A stretch of 64,000 bases of DNA from the human T2T-CHM13v2.0 reference genome, Homo sapiens. The number at the start of each line of letters is the position of its first letter. Positions within the stretch are counted from its first letter, which is position 1. The notes beneath the pieces were generated by a model. That model made no database searches and was not told the DNA's origin. It saw only the letters and a list, made by a program, of their open reading frames with translations. This document shows positions 24,880-47,394 of the stretch, one piece after another. The DNA lies in assembly GCF_009914755.1 (NCBI RefSeq), contig NC_060927.1. One strand, written 5' to 3'. The translations under genes were made by a program, and so were the position numbers.

Positions 24880-25420
24880 ACTTACATATTAAAGTAGAAA
24901 AATCTTTGAGCAAACAGTGAATGCTTGAAAGATGTTTTTTTTTTGTTTTTTGAAAATAGAATACAAGAGTCATAAAGATGCCTAGACATAATTTCCCAGC
25001 CATGTCACTGTTAGGAATTTTGGAATTTATGCAAAGGTAATAACTCAATAACAGCAAAAAGCAAAATGTACAAAGATGTTCATGACACTACAATAGCAAA
25101 AAAGCAAGCAAATAAACAAAAAGTTAAAGACAACTCCAAGGTCTCAAGTAAGGGAATGGCATTATTAATTATAAAACAGCATCAAAAATTATATTAGCTA
25201 GTCATGAAAATGCAAACTTTAAAAGGAAAATGCTTATTATGTAATGTTAAGTGAAAAAAATTCAGGCCATAAAATGAAATATACATTATGCATGCATGAT
25301 GAAAAGACAAGAAATAGATAAGAATGTGCAAAAATACAAATAGTTGGATATGGTGTGGGATTCTGGCTTGTTTTCTGTTTTAAAGACATTACATCATCTT
25401 TTCAATGACAAACTACATTT
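24880..25420 (+). mobile_element. Ancient L1ME-type 3' fragment
   Basis: ctgttaggaatt...aatgtacaaagatgttcat...atgtaatgttaagtgaaaaaa. Confidence 0.55.
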
Positions 25421-26004
25421 TAAGTAATTGAAAACAAAGTCTCATTAGCCTTGTCCTTGTATAAATTCCCAGAGAACACATTATTCTTATTCATTTCCAC
25501 CTCTGCTACTTGTCTTTGATTTGGACCAGCTCCATTCTATTTTCCCACTTCTCAGTCATCTAACAAGACTAGAAAAAGACCCCCATCAAACAAAGAAGCA
25601 AAATGCACCAAGTTTAGCAGAAGCTGTGAATCCAAATCAGCGAACATTGGCTGACTGGATCTAATACCTTGACCCCAACATTGAAAAGGCAGACCCAGAT
25701 TCTTCAATGACCACAAGAGGCCTTGGTTTAAGAAGCCTGCCAACGAAGCACAATGTTCCCATCCTCAGAAATAGACCCCGGCGGAGCTTCCAGGGGCCCA
25801 TAAAAGTCTGCACTCTTGGAAGAATGTGACAACTCTGGCAACAAATACAGATTCGTCATTCTCTATATTAAGGGAATGTTCAGTTGCATCAGGCTTTTTT
25901 AACAGGGCCAACACTTAGTGCAATTTTGAGGTTGGCAAAGTGAATTTTCACCTACCCCAAGGCTTCTTTCCCTGCCTCCAGATGATCAATAAAATCACCT
26001 CATG

Positions 26005-26220
26005 TTACAGTTTCAAAGTCCTTTCACATCCAATTTCTCATCTGAATCTTTCATCAGCCCAATGAGGTGGGTGTTATTATTCACTTGACTTTTCAGAAGA
26101 GAATATTGAGGCTTAGGGAAGTGAAGCGACTTGTCTAAAGCCACCCAGCAAGTCTGGGACTGAATGAGACACAAGCCCCATCCTAACTTCTGGTCAGTTC
26201 TCCTTCCATTTACCCTAGGC
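26005..26220 (-). mobile_element. MIR
   Basis: tgaggcttagggaagtgaagcgacttgtctaaagccacccagcaagt core. Confidence 0.8.
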
Positions 26221-27071
26221 ACTCACCCCTCTTCCAGTTCATAAGGAGAGCTGACCCAGTGCACCTGCTGACAGCGGCACTCAGCGTGCTGCCATCCCAG
26301 GGATACCTATGTTTTAAAGGAAGGCAGATGGGGAAAGACAGCATGTAGCCTGTAAGAAGGAAAAGTCAAGTGGAATTCCAAAGAAGATGCTGAAATAGCT
26401 GACTTAGCAGCTCTAGGGAACTATAGAGAAAAACACTGAGAGGTAGAGAGAGCTATGAGGAACCCCTGGGGAGACAGAAACTCTTTTTAACTGTCAAGTA
26501 TGTGTATCTGGAAAGGTCTTAGCCTAAAGCAAAAGGTATCCAGGCTGCTGTAGAAGGATGAAATAAAAGCTGTTGCTTCTTAGACTTCATTTCTCCTCCC
26601 TCTCACTCTCACTGTTTTGGGACAGACACGGCACGAGCTTAGAACTCTTGAACAAGTGCTCCTGGGATGTAAAACTAGGGTAGTGTGGAAGCCCTGTGCC
26701 TGGGTGGGAGTGAGAAAAAAAATAGACAATGATGGATGGGCCACAGGTGGTCACTGCCCAACTCTCTCCCTCTAAACCGCCAGGGCTGGTGGATTACCAT
26801 CGCCTTTCCCGGATGCTAGTTCTTTCTAAAGTAAAGAATACATCTGAGGAGCTGTGTGGTGGATGAGGAGTGATATACTCTGGTTTCCTGATGCCTGAAA
26901 CCCACCACTCTAGGTGCATGCTTCGCTCTATCCCCATCTCAAACTCATCAAGGCAGGTCAGTGCAGACGGAAGTTTGACCTTCAACCCTTCAGTCATTGG
27001 CATTGCTGGACAGAATAATCTATACCCTAAAGAAATGGAAGCTGGATCTAAAGAGAAGCACTAATTTTTTT

Positions 27072-27604
<533 letters not shown>

Positions 27605-27651
27605 CTGTTGAGAAATGACTTAGTGAATGAGGAGATCACTAAGTCAAAATT

Positions 27652-29830
<2,179 letters not shown>

Positions 29831-29984
29831 AAAAAAGAAAAACCAACAAACTGAATTACAGATTCCATAGAAACCAGAGGTGTTAGAACAGACAGATTAA
29901 AAATTTACATATGCATATTTTTAAATAAGGTATAATGTTAGCAATATGAAATGAAAACAATAAACCATAAAAAGAATCAAGCAT

Positions 29985-30892
29985 GGGGGGAGGAGCCAAG
30001 ATGGCCGAATAGGAACAGCTCCGGTCTACAGCTACCAGCGGGAGCGAGGCAGAAGGCGGGTGATTTCTGCATTTCCATCTGAGGTACCGGGTTCATCTCA
30101 CTAGGGAGTGCCAGACAGTGGGCGCAGGTCAGTGGGTGCGCACACCGTGCGCGAGCCGAAGCAGGGCGAGGCATTGCCTCACTTGGGAAGCGCAAGGGGT
30201 CAGGGAGTTCCCTTTCCGAGTCAAAGAAAGGGGTGACGGACGGCACCTGGAAAATCGGGTCACTCCCACCCGAATACTGCGCTTTTCCGACGGGCTTAAA
30301 AAACGGCGCACCACGAGATTATACCCCACACCTGGCTCGGAGGGTCCTACGCCCACGGAGTCTCGCTGGTTGCTAGCACAGCAGTCTGAGATCAAACTGC
30401 AAGGTGGCAGCGAGGCTGGGGGAGGGGCGCCCGCCACTGCCCAGGCTTGATTAGGTAAACAAAGCAGCCCTGAAGCTCGAACTGGGTGGAGCCCACCACA
30501 GCTCAAGGAGGCCTGCCTGCCTCTGTAGGCTCCACCTCTGGGGGCAGGGCACAGACAAACAAAAAGACAGCAGTAACTTCTGAGGACTTAAATGTCCCTG
30601 TCTGACAGCTTTGAAGAGAGCAGTGGTTCTCCCAGCATGCAGCTGCAGATCTGAGAACAGGCAGACTGTCTCCTCAAGTGGGTCCCTGACCCCTGACCCC
30701 CGAGCAGCCTAACTGGGAGGCACCCCCCTGCAGGGGCACACTGACACCTCACACGGCAGGGTATTCCAACAGACCTGCAGCTGAGGGTCCTGTCTGTTAG
30801 AAGGAAAACTAACAAACAGAAAGGACATCCACACCAAAAACCCATCTGTACATCACCATCATCAAAGACCAAAAGTAGATAAAACCACAAAG
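29985..30892. promoter_or_regulatory. L1 5'UTR CpG-rich sense and antisense promoter with intact YY1 site
   Basis: aagatggccg at the 5' end; many CpGs retained; short UTR form lacking the 129-bp ZNF93-bound segment of older L1PA; ORF0 start changed from ATG to GTG. Confidence 0.8.
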
Positions 30893-31909
30893 ATGGGGAA
30901 AAAACAGAACAGGAAAACTGGAAACTCTAAAAAGGAGAGCGCCTCTCCTCCTCCAAAGGAACGCAGTTCCTCACCAGCAATGGAACAAAGGTGGATGGAG
31001 AATGACTTTGACGAGCTGAGAGAAGAAGGCTTCAGACGATCAAATTACTCTGAGCTACGGGAGGACATTCAAACCAAAGGCAAAGAAGTTGAAAACTTTG
31101 AAAAAAATTTAGAAGAATGTATAAGTAGAATAACCAATACAGAGAAGTGCTTAAAGGAGCTGATGGAGCTGAAAACCAAGGCTCGAGAACTACATGAAGA
31201 ATGCAGAAGCCTCAGGAGCCGATGCAATCAACTGGAAGAAAGGGTATCAGCGATGGAAGATGAAATGAATGAAATGAAGTGAGAAGGGAAGTTTAGAGAA
31301 AAAAGAATAAAAAGAAATGAGCAAAGCCTCCAAGAGATATGGGACTATGTGAAAAGACCAAATCTACGTCTGATTGGTGTACCTGAAAGTGATGGGGAGA
31401 ATGGAACCAAGTTGGAAAACACTCTGCAGGATATTATCCAGGAGAACTTCCCCAATCTAGCAAGGCAGGCCAACGTTCAGATTCAGGAAATACAGAGAAT
31501 GCCACAAAGATACTCCTCGAGAAGAGCAACTCCAGGACACATAATTGTCAGATTCACCAAAGTTGAAATGAAGGAAAAAATGTTAAGGGCAGCCAGAGAG
31601 AAAGGTCGGGTTACCCTCAAAGGGAAGCCCATCAGACTAACAGCGGATCTCTCGGCAGAAACCCTACAAGCCAGAAGAGAGTGGGGGCCAATATTCAACA
31701 TTCTTAAAGACAAGAATTTTCAACCCAGAATTTCATATCCAGCCAAACTAAGCTTCATAAGCGAAGGAGAAATAAAATACTTTACAGACAAGCAAATGCT
31801 GAGAGATTTTGTCACCACCAGGCCTGCCCTAAAAGAGCTCCTGAAGGAAGCGCTAAACATGGAAACGAACAACCGGTACCAGCCACTGCAAAATCATGCC
31901 AAAATGTAA
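30893..31909 (+). pseudogene. L1 ORF1p with premature stop (CGA>TGA at 31280-31282)
   Basis: MGKKQNRKTGNSK...EMK* continues in frame to ...QNHAKM. Confidence 0.95.
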
Positions 31910-31972
31910 AGACCATCGAGACTAGGAAGAAACTGCATCAACTAACAAGCAAGATAACCAGCTAACATCATA

Positions 31973-35804
<3,832 letters not shown>

Positions 35805-36031
35805 ACAATGAGATCACATGGACACAGGAAGGGGAATATCACACTCTGGGGACTGTTGTGGGGTGGGGGGAGGGGAGAGGGATAGCATTGGGAGATATAC
35901 CTAATGCTAGATGACGAGTTAGTGGGTGCAGCGCACCAGCATGGCACATGTATACATATGTAACTAACCTGCACAATGTGCACATGTACCCTAAAACTTA
36001 AAGTATAGTAATAAAAAAAAAAATCAAGTAT

Positions 36032-37680
36032 AAATTTAGGTGTGACAAATATAATAGTTAAGATAATGGTGATAACTAGTAGAAAAGATTTAGCTGAGGA
36101 ATAAGTTCGTGAACTAAGAGATCAGCTTGAGGAATTTTACTTAGCAGAAAATTATTTTAAAAATAGAAAATGTAAAAGTCAAGATATAAAAGGCAAAAGC
36201 AGTCCTAGAAAGAAAAAAAATAGTTGTAAATGGAGAGAAGGAAATATTTGAAGGAATAATGGAGATAATTCCTCCAGAATTAACAAAACATAAAAGACCT
36301 CAAGTTGAAAAGACCCACAGAGAGCAAGAACGAGAAGAGATAAGGAGAAACATACTCCCAGATATAAATTTTGCTGAAATTTAACAATATCAGAGACAAC
36401 GGAAAATTGTAAATGCTTGCAAACAGAGAGAGCAAATCACCTTCAAAGAAAAAAGAATAATGATATCAGATTTTTCAGCAGCAAGCAAGAATGCAAGAAG
36501 ATAATAGAGAAGTGTTATCAAAATTTTGAAAGTACAGAATTTCATATCCAGCTACACTTTCGTTCAAATGTGAAGGCATGATAAAAAAAAAACACCCAAG
36601 ATGTACAGTCTCATTTCATGCCCAAAGATGTATGTGTAAAGCATTTTTCAATGACATATATAAAGTAGAAACAAATTGAAGGAACAATACAAGAGATATG
36701 TGAAATAAAGGTGACCAAACATCTTTGTGAAGTTTGGGATTGTCTTAAAAAATAGCTGAGACCAAAGAAAAGAGAAAGAGAAAGCATATCTACAAAAACA
36801 AAGAATTAAAAGTCTAGATGAACTCAACATGATAGAGCTAGAGGAGGCTGAGGATCATTAGAGTTTATTAAAGTCCTTATATGAGAGAAAACAAAGACAA
36901 CTTTTAAAAAATAAACAAAGCAATAAAAATCACTGAAAAGTGTGACAGATTGAAATAACAAATGAACAGAGTAAAAGTCCTAAATATGAATAACTACTAT
37001 TACTGTAAATGAGCTAACTCACCAAATAAAAAATAAAATTCAAATATTACCATTCACTACACATATTCTAAAGCAAAATACATGCAAAGGATGAATGTAA
37101 AATGATAGGAAATTATTAATCAGGAAAATAGAATAAAATTAAACTGATATTGATAGAGTATTATCAGATAATATGAAGATCACAAACTTTATACCAAAAT
37201 CAGCAAAGAGCTATAAAAAAAGTTAATGCAGCTATGCCACTTATTACTATAGATGTAAAAATTTTAAAGAAAGTTTCAGTGAATCAAATCCAATCATGCA
37301 TGTTAAAGGTCATATATCTCATTGAGCTTACTCAGTGGTAGATGAAGATAATATTAGAAAATCCATAAAAATAATTCACCATTAAACTAAATATTGTCAG
37401 TAAAATAAGAAAAGAAAAGAAAAGGGAATTAGAGGCTTAAAGATTGGTGAGGAGGAAATAAAATTGCCATTATTTACAGATGATAGAATTTTTTTCTTAG
37501 AAAACTCAAAATAATCCACCAGTAAAGTATTAAAAGTAACAGTAGTTAAGCAAGGTGACTGGATATAAGATTAATTTATGTAAGTCAATTGTATTTGCAA
37601 TTGTATCCTTCCTATATTAGCAATAAACAACCAGAAAACATCATTTTGAAAGAAGACATCTTTTGCAGAAGTATACAAAA
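36032..37680 (+). mobile_element. Ancient L1M ORF1/ORF2 remnant (host of the duplication and nested insertions)
   Basis: ORF1-like aaatatttgaaggaataatgg...aagacccacagag...tcagatttttcagcagc; ORF2-like gaggaaataaaattgccattatttacagatgata. Confidence 0.7.
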
Positions 37681-37749
37681 ATATCCAACTAAATCTTCAA
37701 TCAAATGGGAAGGCATGATAAAAAATACTCAGATATATAGTCTTACTCC

Positions 37750-38310
37750 TCAAGTGTTGTCTTCCCTTCTACATTGTGGTGCTTCTTGGGGTGAAACTGA
37801 ATGTCTGAGCTGTTTGCCAAGGCCCATCCACTCCAACTTCTGTACCTGAAGCACCTCATGCTGCTGACATCTCAGCTTAGCTCTTTGGTCTCTTAGTTGC
37901 TGTTTTTCTGTATCTGATGGGTTCATCTGTGCATATGTATATTAGGAGTCAGGCAGTGACTCAAAGGAAAGTTTCCAGCCAATTTTTGGGTCTCTTGCTG
38001 TGCTTCTCTTCTCTTCAGGACTTTCCCCTTGAAGATTCAGCTACCTTGGCAACCCCAAATACTGGCCTCTGGTCCTCAGCCCAGTAAGAACACTTCCTTC
38101 TTCTTGGGCCCCAATCCCCTCCACCATGGTTTCAAATGTGTAAGCAAGGAAAAAGCTGCATGGAGATCACCGTGTGTGCCTCCCTTATTCAGTGATAGTA
38201 ACGCCTTCACTCTTGCCTGATTTGGTTTCTCCCCATGCTTTCAAAGACTTTGACCAATTTTAATAATTGTTTTTGGTGAGAAGGTTAGTCATAGCTGGAA
38301 CTGGAAGTGC
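37750..38310 (-). mobile_element. Probable 5' end of an ancient L1M in reverse orientation
   Basis: Ends ...caattttaataattgtttttggtgagaaggttagtc..gctggaactggaagt, resembling reversed L1M 5' termini. Confidence 0.45.
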
Positions 38311-38339
38311 TGTAAAACCACTAAGAAAAAACAGCTTAA

Positions 38340-38850
38340 TTATTATCTCGTGAAATTGAACATTTATGGACTCCATGACCTTGGAATTTTATTTCTCTGA
38401 CTATGCTTAAAAGAAATATTTGTGTACATATACTAGAAAATATAAATAAGGATGTTCATAGCAGTACTATGCGTATTAATGAACCTAACAAAAATCCCAT
38501 CAACAGGAGAGGTGACACATAAGTTATGGTACATTCACACAGAGGAGTATAACAGCAGTAAAAATTAAATGAACTACAACAACAAGCAACGCTATGGATG
38601 AGTCTTCATAATATAATTTTAGTTAAAAAGTGAAAATATAAAAATTAATTGTGCATGATGCCCTTTTCAGAAATGTTAAGAACAACATTAATAAAATATA
38701 CTTTTAAAATAATACACATAGATGGGATAAAACTATGCAAAAATTAAAGTAAGGGAATAATGAGTAAAAGATTCATGATTGTGGGTACTTTGGTGGGAGT
38801 GATGGGGGTGGAGTAGGAGAAAACCACATGGGAAGATGTGGTCAAGTTAT
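38340..38850 (+). mobile_element. L1ME-type 3' fragment
   Basis: gaaattgaacatt...catgaccttggaatt...aaggatgttcatagcagtact...aaatgaactacaac. Confidence 0.6.
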
Positions 38851-40030
38851 CAAATTGGAAACTTCAGGTGCTGAGGCCTAGAAGGGGAGATTTATCTGGG
38901 CATTAGAGCTGAGTCATGCCATTTTAGTGGTCATTTGCCCTATTAACTCTAGAGGCCTACCTAGTTCCTTATTGGTACCAAACCTGTTGTAAAGATCATG
39001 GGCAAAGACCCTACATTTCCCTACTCAGACACCTTGACCTTAACCAGAGGCAGGCATTTACTTCTCTACACCAGTATGATCCCAACCAGTCTCCTTCCCT
39101 CAAGCCTCACTCTCCTGTACAAATTCTCCTCCATTCTGTCTCCAAAGTATTACTGCTAAAATGCATAGCAGACCAGATTACTTTTCCTACATCATTAACT
39201 CTAGAATCAAGTCTTTAGCTGGGTGTTGTAGGACCTCTGTGATCTATCCCCAGCAAATATGACTAGCTCTGCATTGCTCACCAGTCCCTGAATGCATTCT
39301 ACACTTTCCCATTGCCATGCCTTTGCTTATGCTGTTCAGTGTACCTCAAATGCCCTTATCTCTATCTATTGACATTTTACTCATTTTCAAGTCTCAGTTC
39401 ACCTACTGCCCATTTCCATGAAGACCTGAGAAGAGACAACAGGGAAGAGGGAGGTGGCTGTCCAAATGCTCATTAATAAATGTAGCTTCAACACAAACAA
39501 GGTTTAGACACGTGGAAGCCAAGCCAGTGACAAAGCCTGAAAATCACATCTGAATTGCAAACTCAGGCCTGGTTCCAGTGACTCCCTGCCCACTCCATGT
39601 GACAGTGAGACTGACCTAGATGGACCTGAAAGTGATCTCTTTTTCAGCCTTCTAGAGGTGGTTTATAGGCAGCAAGAAGTGTAAAGAGAGATTGGGCTTG
39701 GGAGTTAGACCAAGCTTGGTCAAATACTAAATCCACTTTTTGAAATGTATCACACCTATGGGAATTTAAACATTAACACTCTGAAAAGTGAGATAACAAT
39801 TTAAATAGTGCACAGGATTCTGCCCATCATTTCATTCAGTTAGCAGATGTACCCCAGGGAGCATGGGATGATGCACAAGGACCTGTTGCTTATGCGGAAC
39901 CACAAGCACTATACCAACAAATGGAAGGATTTCCAAGGTAATTTTGAGTATAAACAATGTTTGCTTTACTCATCGACTTTGAAATCCTAACACCTGGGTG
40001 AAATGCTACTCGACTATATTAGTTACATGA

Positions 40031-40320
<290 letters not shown>

Positions 40321-40332
40321 TCCATTTAAAGT

Positions 40333-41240
<908 letters not shown>

Positions 41241-42580
41241 GGGTCTTCTGAGGACTGAAGAAAATAATGTACTTTGTGTACCTGGCACAATGCTTGTGCT
41301 CAAAAAACGGTGACTGGTACCAGTATTGTGTCCGATGCCTGGCCTGGCAGCCTTGGGTCAGCTGCTTTATTTTTCCAGGCCTAAGGTTTCTCTGTAGTAG
41401 TAGCTGCCTGAGTAACTCAAAGGTTTGTTGTGAGGCTCAAATAAGATGATAAATGTGGAAGTGCTTTGGAAACCGTAATGCTCTGTACATATCAAAGAGG
41501 TTATTATACTTCTATTATATCAATCCACTATGGGTTCAGATAGGAGAACACTCTAGTAATCCTTTAGTGGCAGTTAGTGTCTGAAATCCTGAGACCAAAG
41601 GACTTTGACCTGAGGCTCCACATTTGTTCTCTTTTAGAGATAATTAATTTCAACCATTCATCAAATAAGCCTATATTAAGCACTCACTGCAAGCAGAAAA
41701 CTGTTAAATGCTGTGTGTTTTCTGAAACAAAAAAAAAAATTAGGGTACTTAGCCCAGTCCTCCAAAAATATCCCATTATAGTTAAGAAGACGCGAAATGG
41801 ATGTAATCCTAGTAGGGCGGAGGCTTTCTGCAGGAGTGTGTTTCAGGAGCTGCTTAAAAGGAGAAAGGGAGGAGAAAGATAACTAATGTGGTTTGAAAAA
41901 CTTCAGTGTGCCAAGCACCATGCCAAACTCTTTACATATAATTGTCTCCTTCAGTCCTCACAATGACATTGTGAGATGGCTTATGTGTTAACTGCCTTTG
42001 CAAATGATAAAACAGATGGTTGGAAAAATTGTATTACGGCAGCGTTAGCACTGAAATCCCGGTCTGGAGATACTCTACCATCCTGCTACCCCTGAACATA
42101 TTTTTCTGCCCAAAATAATTATTTCTCCACCTAGACTACCAAAAAAAAAAATCTGTTCAAATATTTGCCTGTTAGATAATAACATTCCTGTTCAGTGAGT
42201 TTTCTTCTGAAATTTCATGTTAAAATAATTAATAATAATATTGTATTTGCACAGAACTTCAGTGTTTTAAAAGCATAGTATGTCCACATCTTTTCCTTCC
42301 TTGGTTCTCCAACAGCCCTATGGGCAAGGCACCATGTTATACCCAACGTGTCACAGATAATAAATGGGCAAAGGATTGTGCTTTAGTTTGCTGCTACATT
42401 GTAAAAGGAATAGTGCTTCCTTAATGGTATGTATTTTGTCTCTTATTGAGAATCACATGACTTTAAATATTGCTGAAAATTTTATAAAGGCTTGTCGTCA
42501 TGTTTAGGATGTCTTACTCATCATCGCGGCCTCCTCTCATCATTCCGTTTCTCATGACAAAATATACATTTACATTGTAA

Positions 42581-43109
<529 letters not shown>

Positions 43110-43429
43110 TGCTTGCAGAGGTTTTTTAAGGCAGAAATCATTTTAACTCACTGAAGTCCATTTTGAAAGATTAGGTTAATGGAAACTGGATAACATCATC
43201 CATAGATCCGCTTGATGGGGCTCTTGTAAACTGATGAATGTGACGATACACTGAGAGTTCAAGAAAAAATAAATGTAGATTGCCACATGGTTCAACTCCT
43301 CTTCTCAGGTGAGAGGTATTTCTCAGGTGTCATAAAGCATGCAATTGTCAAATGCACATACAAACAGCAATATAGGCAGTAGTGCCCGTGCACTTATTAA
43401 ACATTCATTCAGTTGTCTTTCTTTTCTAA

Positions 43430-43700
43430 ATTTAAAATATAAACAATTCTTGGTGGTTATGTAATTCTACACATGCAAAAAAGTTGCATAGAAGCACACA
43501 CACACAAATAAGTGCATATAAATACGGGAAATACAAACAGACTCTGGCTTGTACTGATGTCCATTTCCTTGTTTTAACAAGACTGCAGTTATGCAAGATG
43601 CTACCACAGAGGAAAAGTAGGTGAAGGGTGCAGTGAGACCTCTCCATTTTCTTTCGGCAGCTTCTTGTGAAGTCTATAATCATTTCAAAAATTACATAAA
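43430..43700 (+). mobile_element. L1M (MC/ME-type) 3'UTR fragment
   Basis: gttatgcaagatgctacca..gaggaaaagtaggtgaagggtgca...cttcttgtgaagtctataatcatttcaaaa. Confidence 0.65.
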
Positions 43701-44669
43701 TAGAAGTTCTAACATCCTGGCATCCCAGTAGATTCGCTGCACCTCCAGGAGACTGCACCCTGTTGGAGCCATGGCCTTGGTTCACCGTGAGACCTGGAGG
43801 GAGGCATTTCCACTCTTGAGGCTAATTTCCCTCATCTGTAAAATGCACAGTTTGGCCCAAAGCTCCACTCAGCTCTAAAATTCTAGGATTGTATATGCAC
43901 AGTTTGGTGTAGGGAGGTGTAAATCTCACTCAGATTATGAGCCAGCTCTAGGTGGTGAAGGGAAATGTGCTCAGCTGTTTGATATAAAGTCTGCTTTCCT
44001 GGAAAATGAACTTGGAGCCATTTACCTCTTCCCATTGGCTCCTTCAAAGGGTTTTCTGACTAAGGAAACACAGAAAGTTTGAAAATATTTTCATCAAATA
44101 CCTTGAAAACAGCATCACCAAAACCAAATAAAAGGAAAAGGTAACATTACTTGCTGAAGATGATGACCTCTCTACTGAACCTTCAGAGTTGATTTAGAGC
44201 ACATGGAAGCTATTCTCTGCTTCCCTGACCTGTTTAGGCTGCTCAAAATGCTAGGTGCAGAGGAAAACACCCTTTTGGCAGCCAAGATGGAAGAGATATA
44301 AGTGGATTTGTAGTAAGAGTCTGGGCCTGCAGAAATTTGTGTCACCCTGACACTGAAGAGGGAAAGTTGATTGTTCTCCAATGCACAGCAATTAAAAGCT
44401 CATCTCTGGAGAAAGTCGGGAGGCAGGGGTTACATATATATATATATGTATTTTCACATCTGCAGACAATTTTTTAACCCTGGTAACTGATTGATTGGGA
44501 TAATGTATTTACCTTGGATATGGAAAGCAGGAAGAACAGTTCTTGCGTGACTTTCAAGGTAGTCTATACCTTCAAGTGTTTTCAGCTATGTATCTTCTTT
44601 TGATCTTCTCTATTTTCTTGGATTTATCCTACAAAAATAACCGCATGTTAATGAAAAGATAAATATATA

Positions 44670-45360
44670 AGTTTGCTTACTGCCACAGTGTTTGAACTTT
44701 AAAAGTCTGGAAACAATTTAAATGTCCAACAATAGAGGACTAGCGAAATTATGCCAGTGGTTTTAAACTTGACTAATGAATCAATAAAATAAGAAGAAAT
44801 GACATAAGATTGACATCTTTAATTTTGTGTAATAAACATTTAAAAATACTAGTAAATAAAAATACTATTGTCCCATCAAATAAAGGATATTTTGACACCG
44901 AAAGTAAAGGGAATCCCATCACAATAAAAGGCCTCACCAGAGAAAAGATCATTGGCAAACCATGCCAACATATGAGAGTAGAGCAAGAGGGTCCTTAATG
45001 CAAAAAATGGCAAAATCTGAATAGAGTGTATAGATTAACATTAATATTGTATCAATGTTAACTTCATAATTTTGCTAATTATACTGTGGTCGTGTTAAAA
45101 GAATATCCTTGTTTTTAGGAAATACACCCTGAAGTATTTAGGAGTAAAAGGATATCATGTCTACAGCATACTCACAGACAGTTCAGAGAAAAAAAAAAAC
45201 CCTTCTATATATTTGTAGAAAAAGAACGATAAAGCAAGTGTGGTAAAAATGTTAACATTAGGGGAATATGGGGGAAGAGTATATGGAATTCATTGTACTA
45301 TTTTTGCAACTCTTCTGCAAGTTTAAAATTATTTCATTATACAAAGCTAAAAATGTATAT
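44670..45360 (+). mobile_element. L1MC-type 3'UTR fragments
   Basis: tattgtatcaatgttaa...tttttaggaaatacaccctgaagtatttaggagtaaa...cattgtactatttttgcaact. Confidence 0.7.
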
Positions 45361-47394
45361 ATTAAATTTTTATTTAAAATGCAGAAACATACACTAATAA
45401 GTGTGGTGGAATGTTATAATGGTGGCGTTTTTCTTGGTATGAATTTGTTGTGCAACACCATGTCGTGTGCCACATCCAACTACTTCTGGCTCTTTTTTAA
45501 ATTCACAAACTCAATTCCAAAGAAATATGTTAAAGAAATGGAAGTAACATGTGAGACTATATCACTTGATATGTAGATACTTGGCACTAAAAGTGAAGCA
45601 AGGAAGACCCCTGCCTGCTCTGCCTTTTCACCCAAGAACCTGGAGTAGGGATGGCTATGGCAAGCCTGCTGTCTGCCTCACGGTAGCAGGAGGCTTGCGG
45701 CTCAGAGTCCAGTCATGCAGAGGGCCAAATCCCCGTCTCCCAACACAGAGCGGGAATTTACCCCAGACAGGGACCACCTGCTATTTGATAGCTCATGAAA
45801 TAGAGCACACACATACAATGGAACACTATTGTATTTACTTCTGGCATGCGGTCTTGGAAGTTACTTACGACAATACCTCTTTGCCCTCTCCTATCCTGTA
45901 GGGCATATCCAGATTAATCTCTCCAAAACATTTTCTGGCCCTTACTTACAAAACTTTTTTTTAAAAAAAAGACTCCTAAGCCTAACATCTAATGTCTTGC
46001 AGAATCTGGACCCACTTCTTTTCCCGAATTATTTGTCTCCTCCTATTCCCTGATTGAAGCTCCATTCCAAACATGGTATGTTAGCATACCTGGACAGAGC
46101 ATGCATGTTTCACCTCAGAAGATTGCTTGTGCTCTGTCCTGTGCCTGGCATGCTCTTCTTGCTATTTTTTTCCAAATAGCAAATTCTTACCAATTTTCAT
46201 CTTCAGGGCAGTATATGTAGGACACAGATTAGAACCCAAAAGAGACTAGATTCATATTGAAAAACCCATGGTTTGTGGATTTCTCTGCATTTTCGTGGAT
46301 AATTTACAGACTCCAAAGAATGAAGAGCGATTGATGGAATTGTAAGCAGTCTGATTGGAATATAGATATATTTAGGGGTAGAAACCATCATTCCATACCA
46401 TCATGCCTGGTAAATTTTATTAACATCAAGGCCACCCCACCCTTCTCTAATCCTACTTGTGGTCAACAATATCATTGGAATGGAATTTAAAGAATCAGCT
46501 CTTTCTACGAGATAATCCAAATTGCCCAATACAGAATTTTGAGACCGGTAAATTTAGTTCTCAGTTCTCCTCAACTGTTTCCCTTTCATTTCCTTCTTGG
46601 TTCATCCATAATGAAATAACATGTCAAGAGATGTACATTCTGGACACCAGGGCAAATAAAGACATTATTTTGTAGGTGGTGAAGCACCTCTTGGAAAAGG
46701 AAAGCAACTGCTCAAAGCCTCATGGTAATAGTGTTTGGTCTGTAAAAGCTCCTGAAGGATTATGTTTATTTTGCTCAATAAATATTGAATGAATAAATAG
46801 AGGCTGAGCTGGATCTAGAATAAGTTTCTTTTCCCCTCACCCTTGGTCCTACTCTCTTGCCAAGAGACTGCACTCTCTTTGGCCTTGTATTAGTGTGTAT
46901 GCATCTGTGTCCTCTATTTTACTCTAACTTCTGGGAGAAGGAATCATGTTTTACTCATTATTGTCTTTCTCCTAATACCTGGTGAATATCTGGCTTTTAG
47001 AAGATTTTCAGTAAAGGTATATTCAATAAATATGAAAACAAATACCCATCATGTAAAATTAAAAGAAATTGGTCAGCTTTTTTTTTTTTTTTTTGGTATG
47101 GTTGGTTCATTTACATAAACTTTGCTTAACTGCATAATTTTATGAATATTATATCTACACAATGATACTATAGTAGGCTTAAGTGTTATTTCTTGCAATG
47201 TCTTTCATGACCACCCCAGATGTCATTAAAAGTTCTCTTTCTCCATTGTGTCATTGTACCTGTAATTATTTGTTGATACAGCTATGTTGGCCCACGGAGG
47301 AAACAGGATCTTTTTGAATTTGGAAACTGTCGTATTCGACTTTGTATCCACAGTATCTAATATTGAACTTAACATGCAGTGGTATACTAGGGCT

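Noticed and set aside
30129-30506. L1 ORF0 as a functional CDS
   Set aside because: The start codon is mutated in element A, and the frame is broken early in element B.
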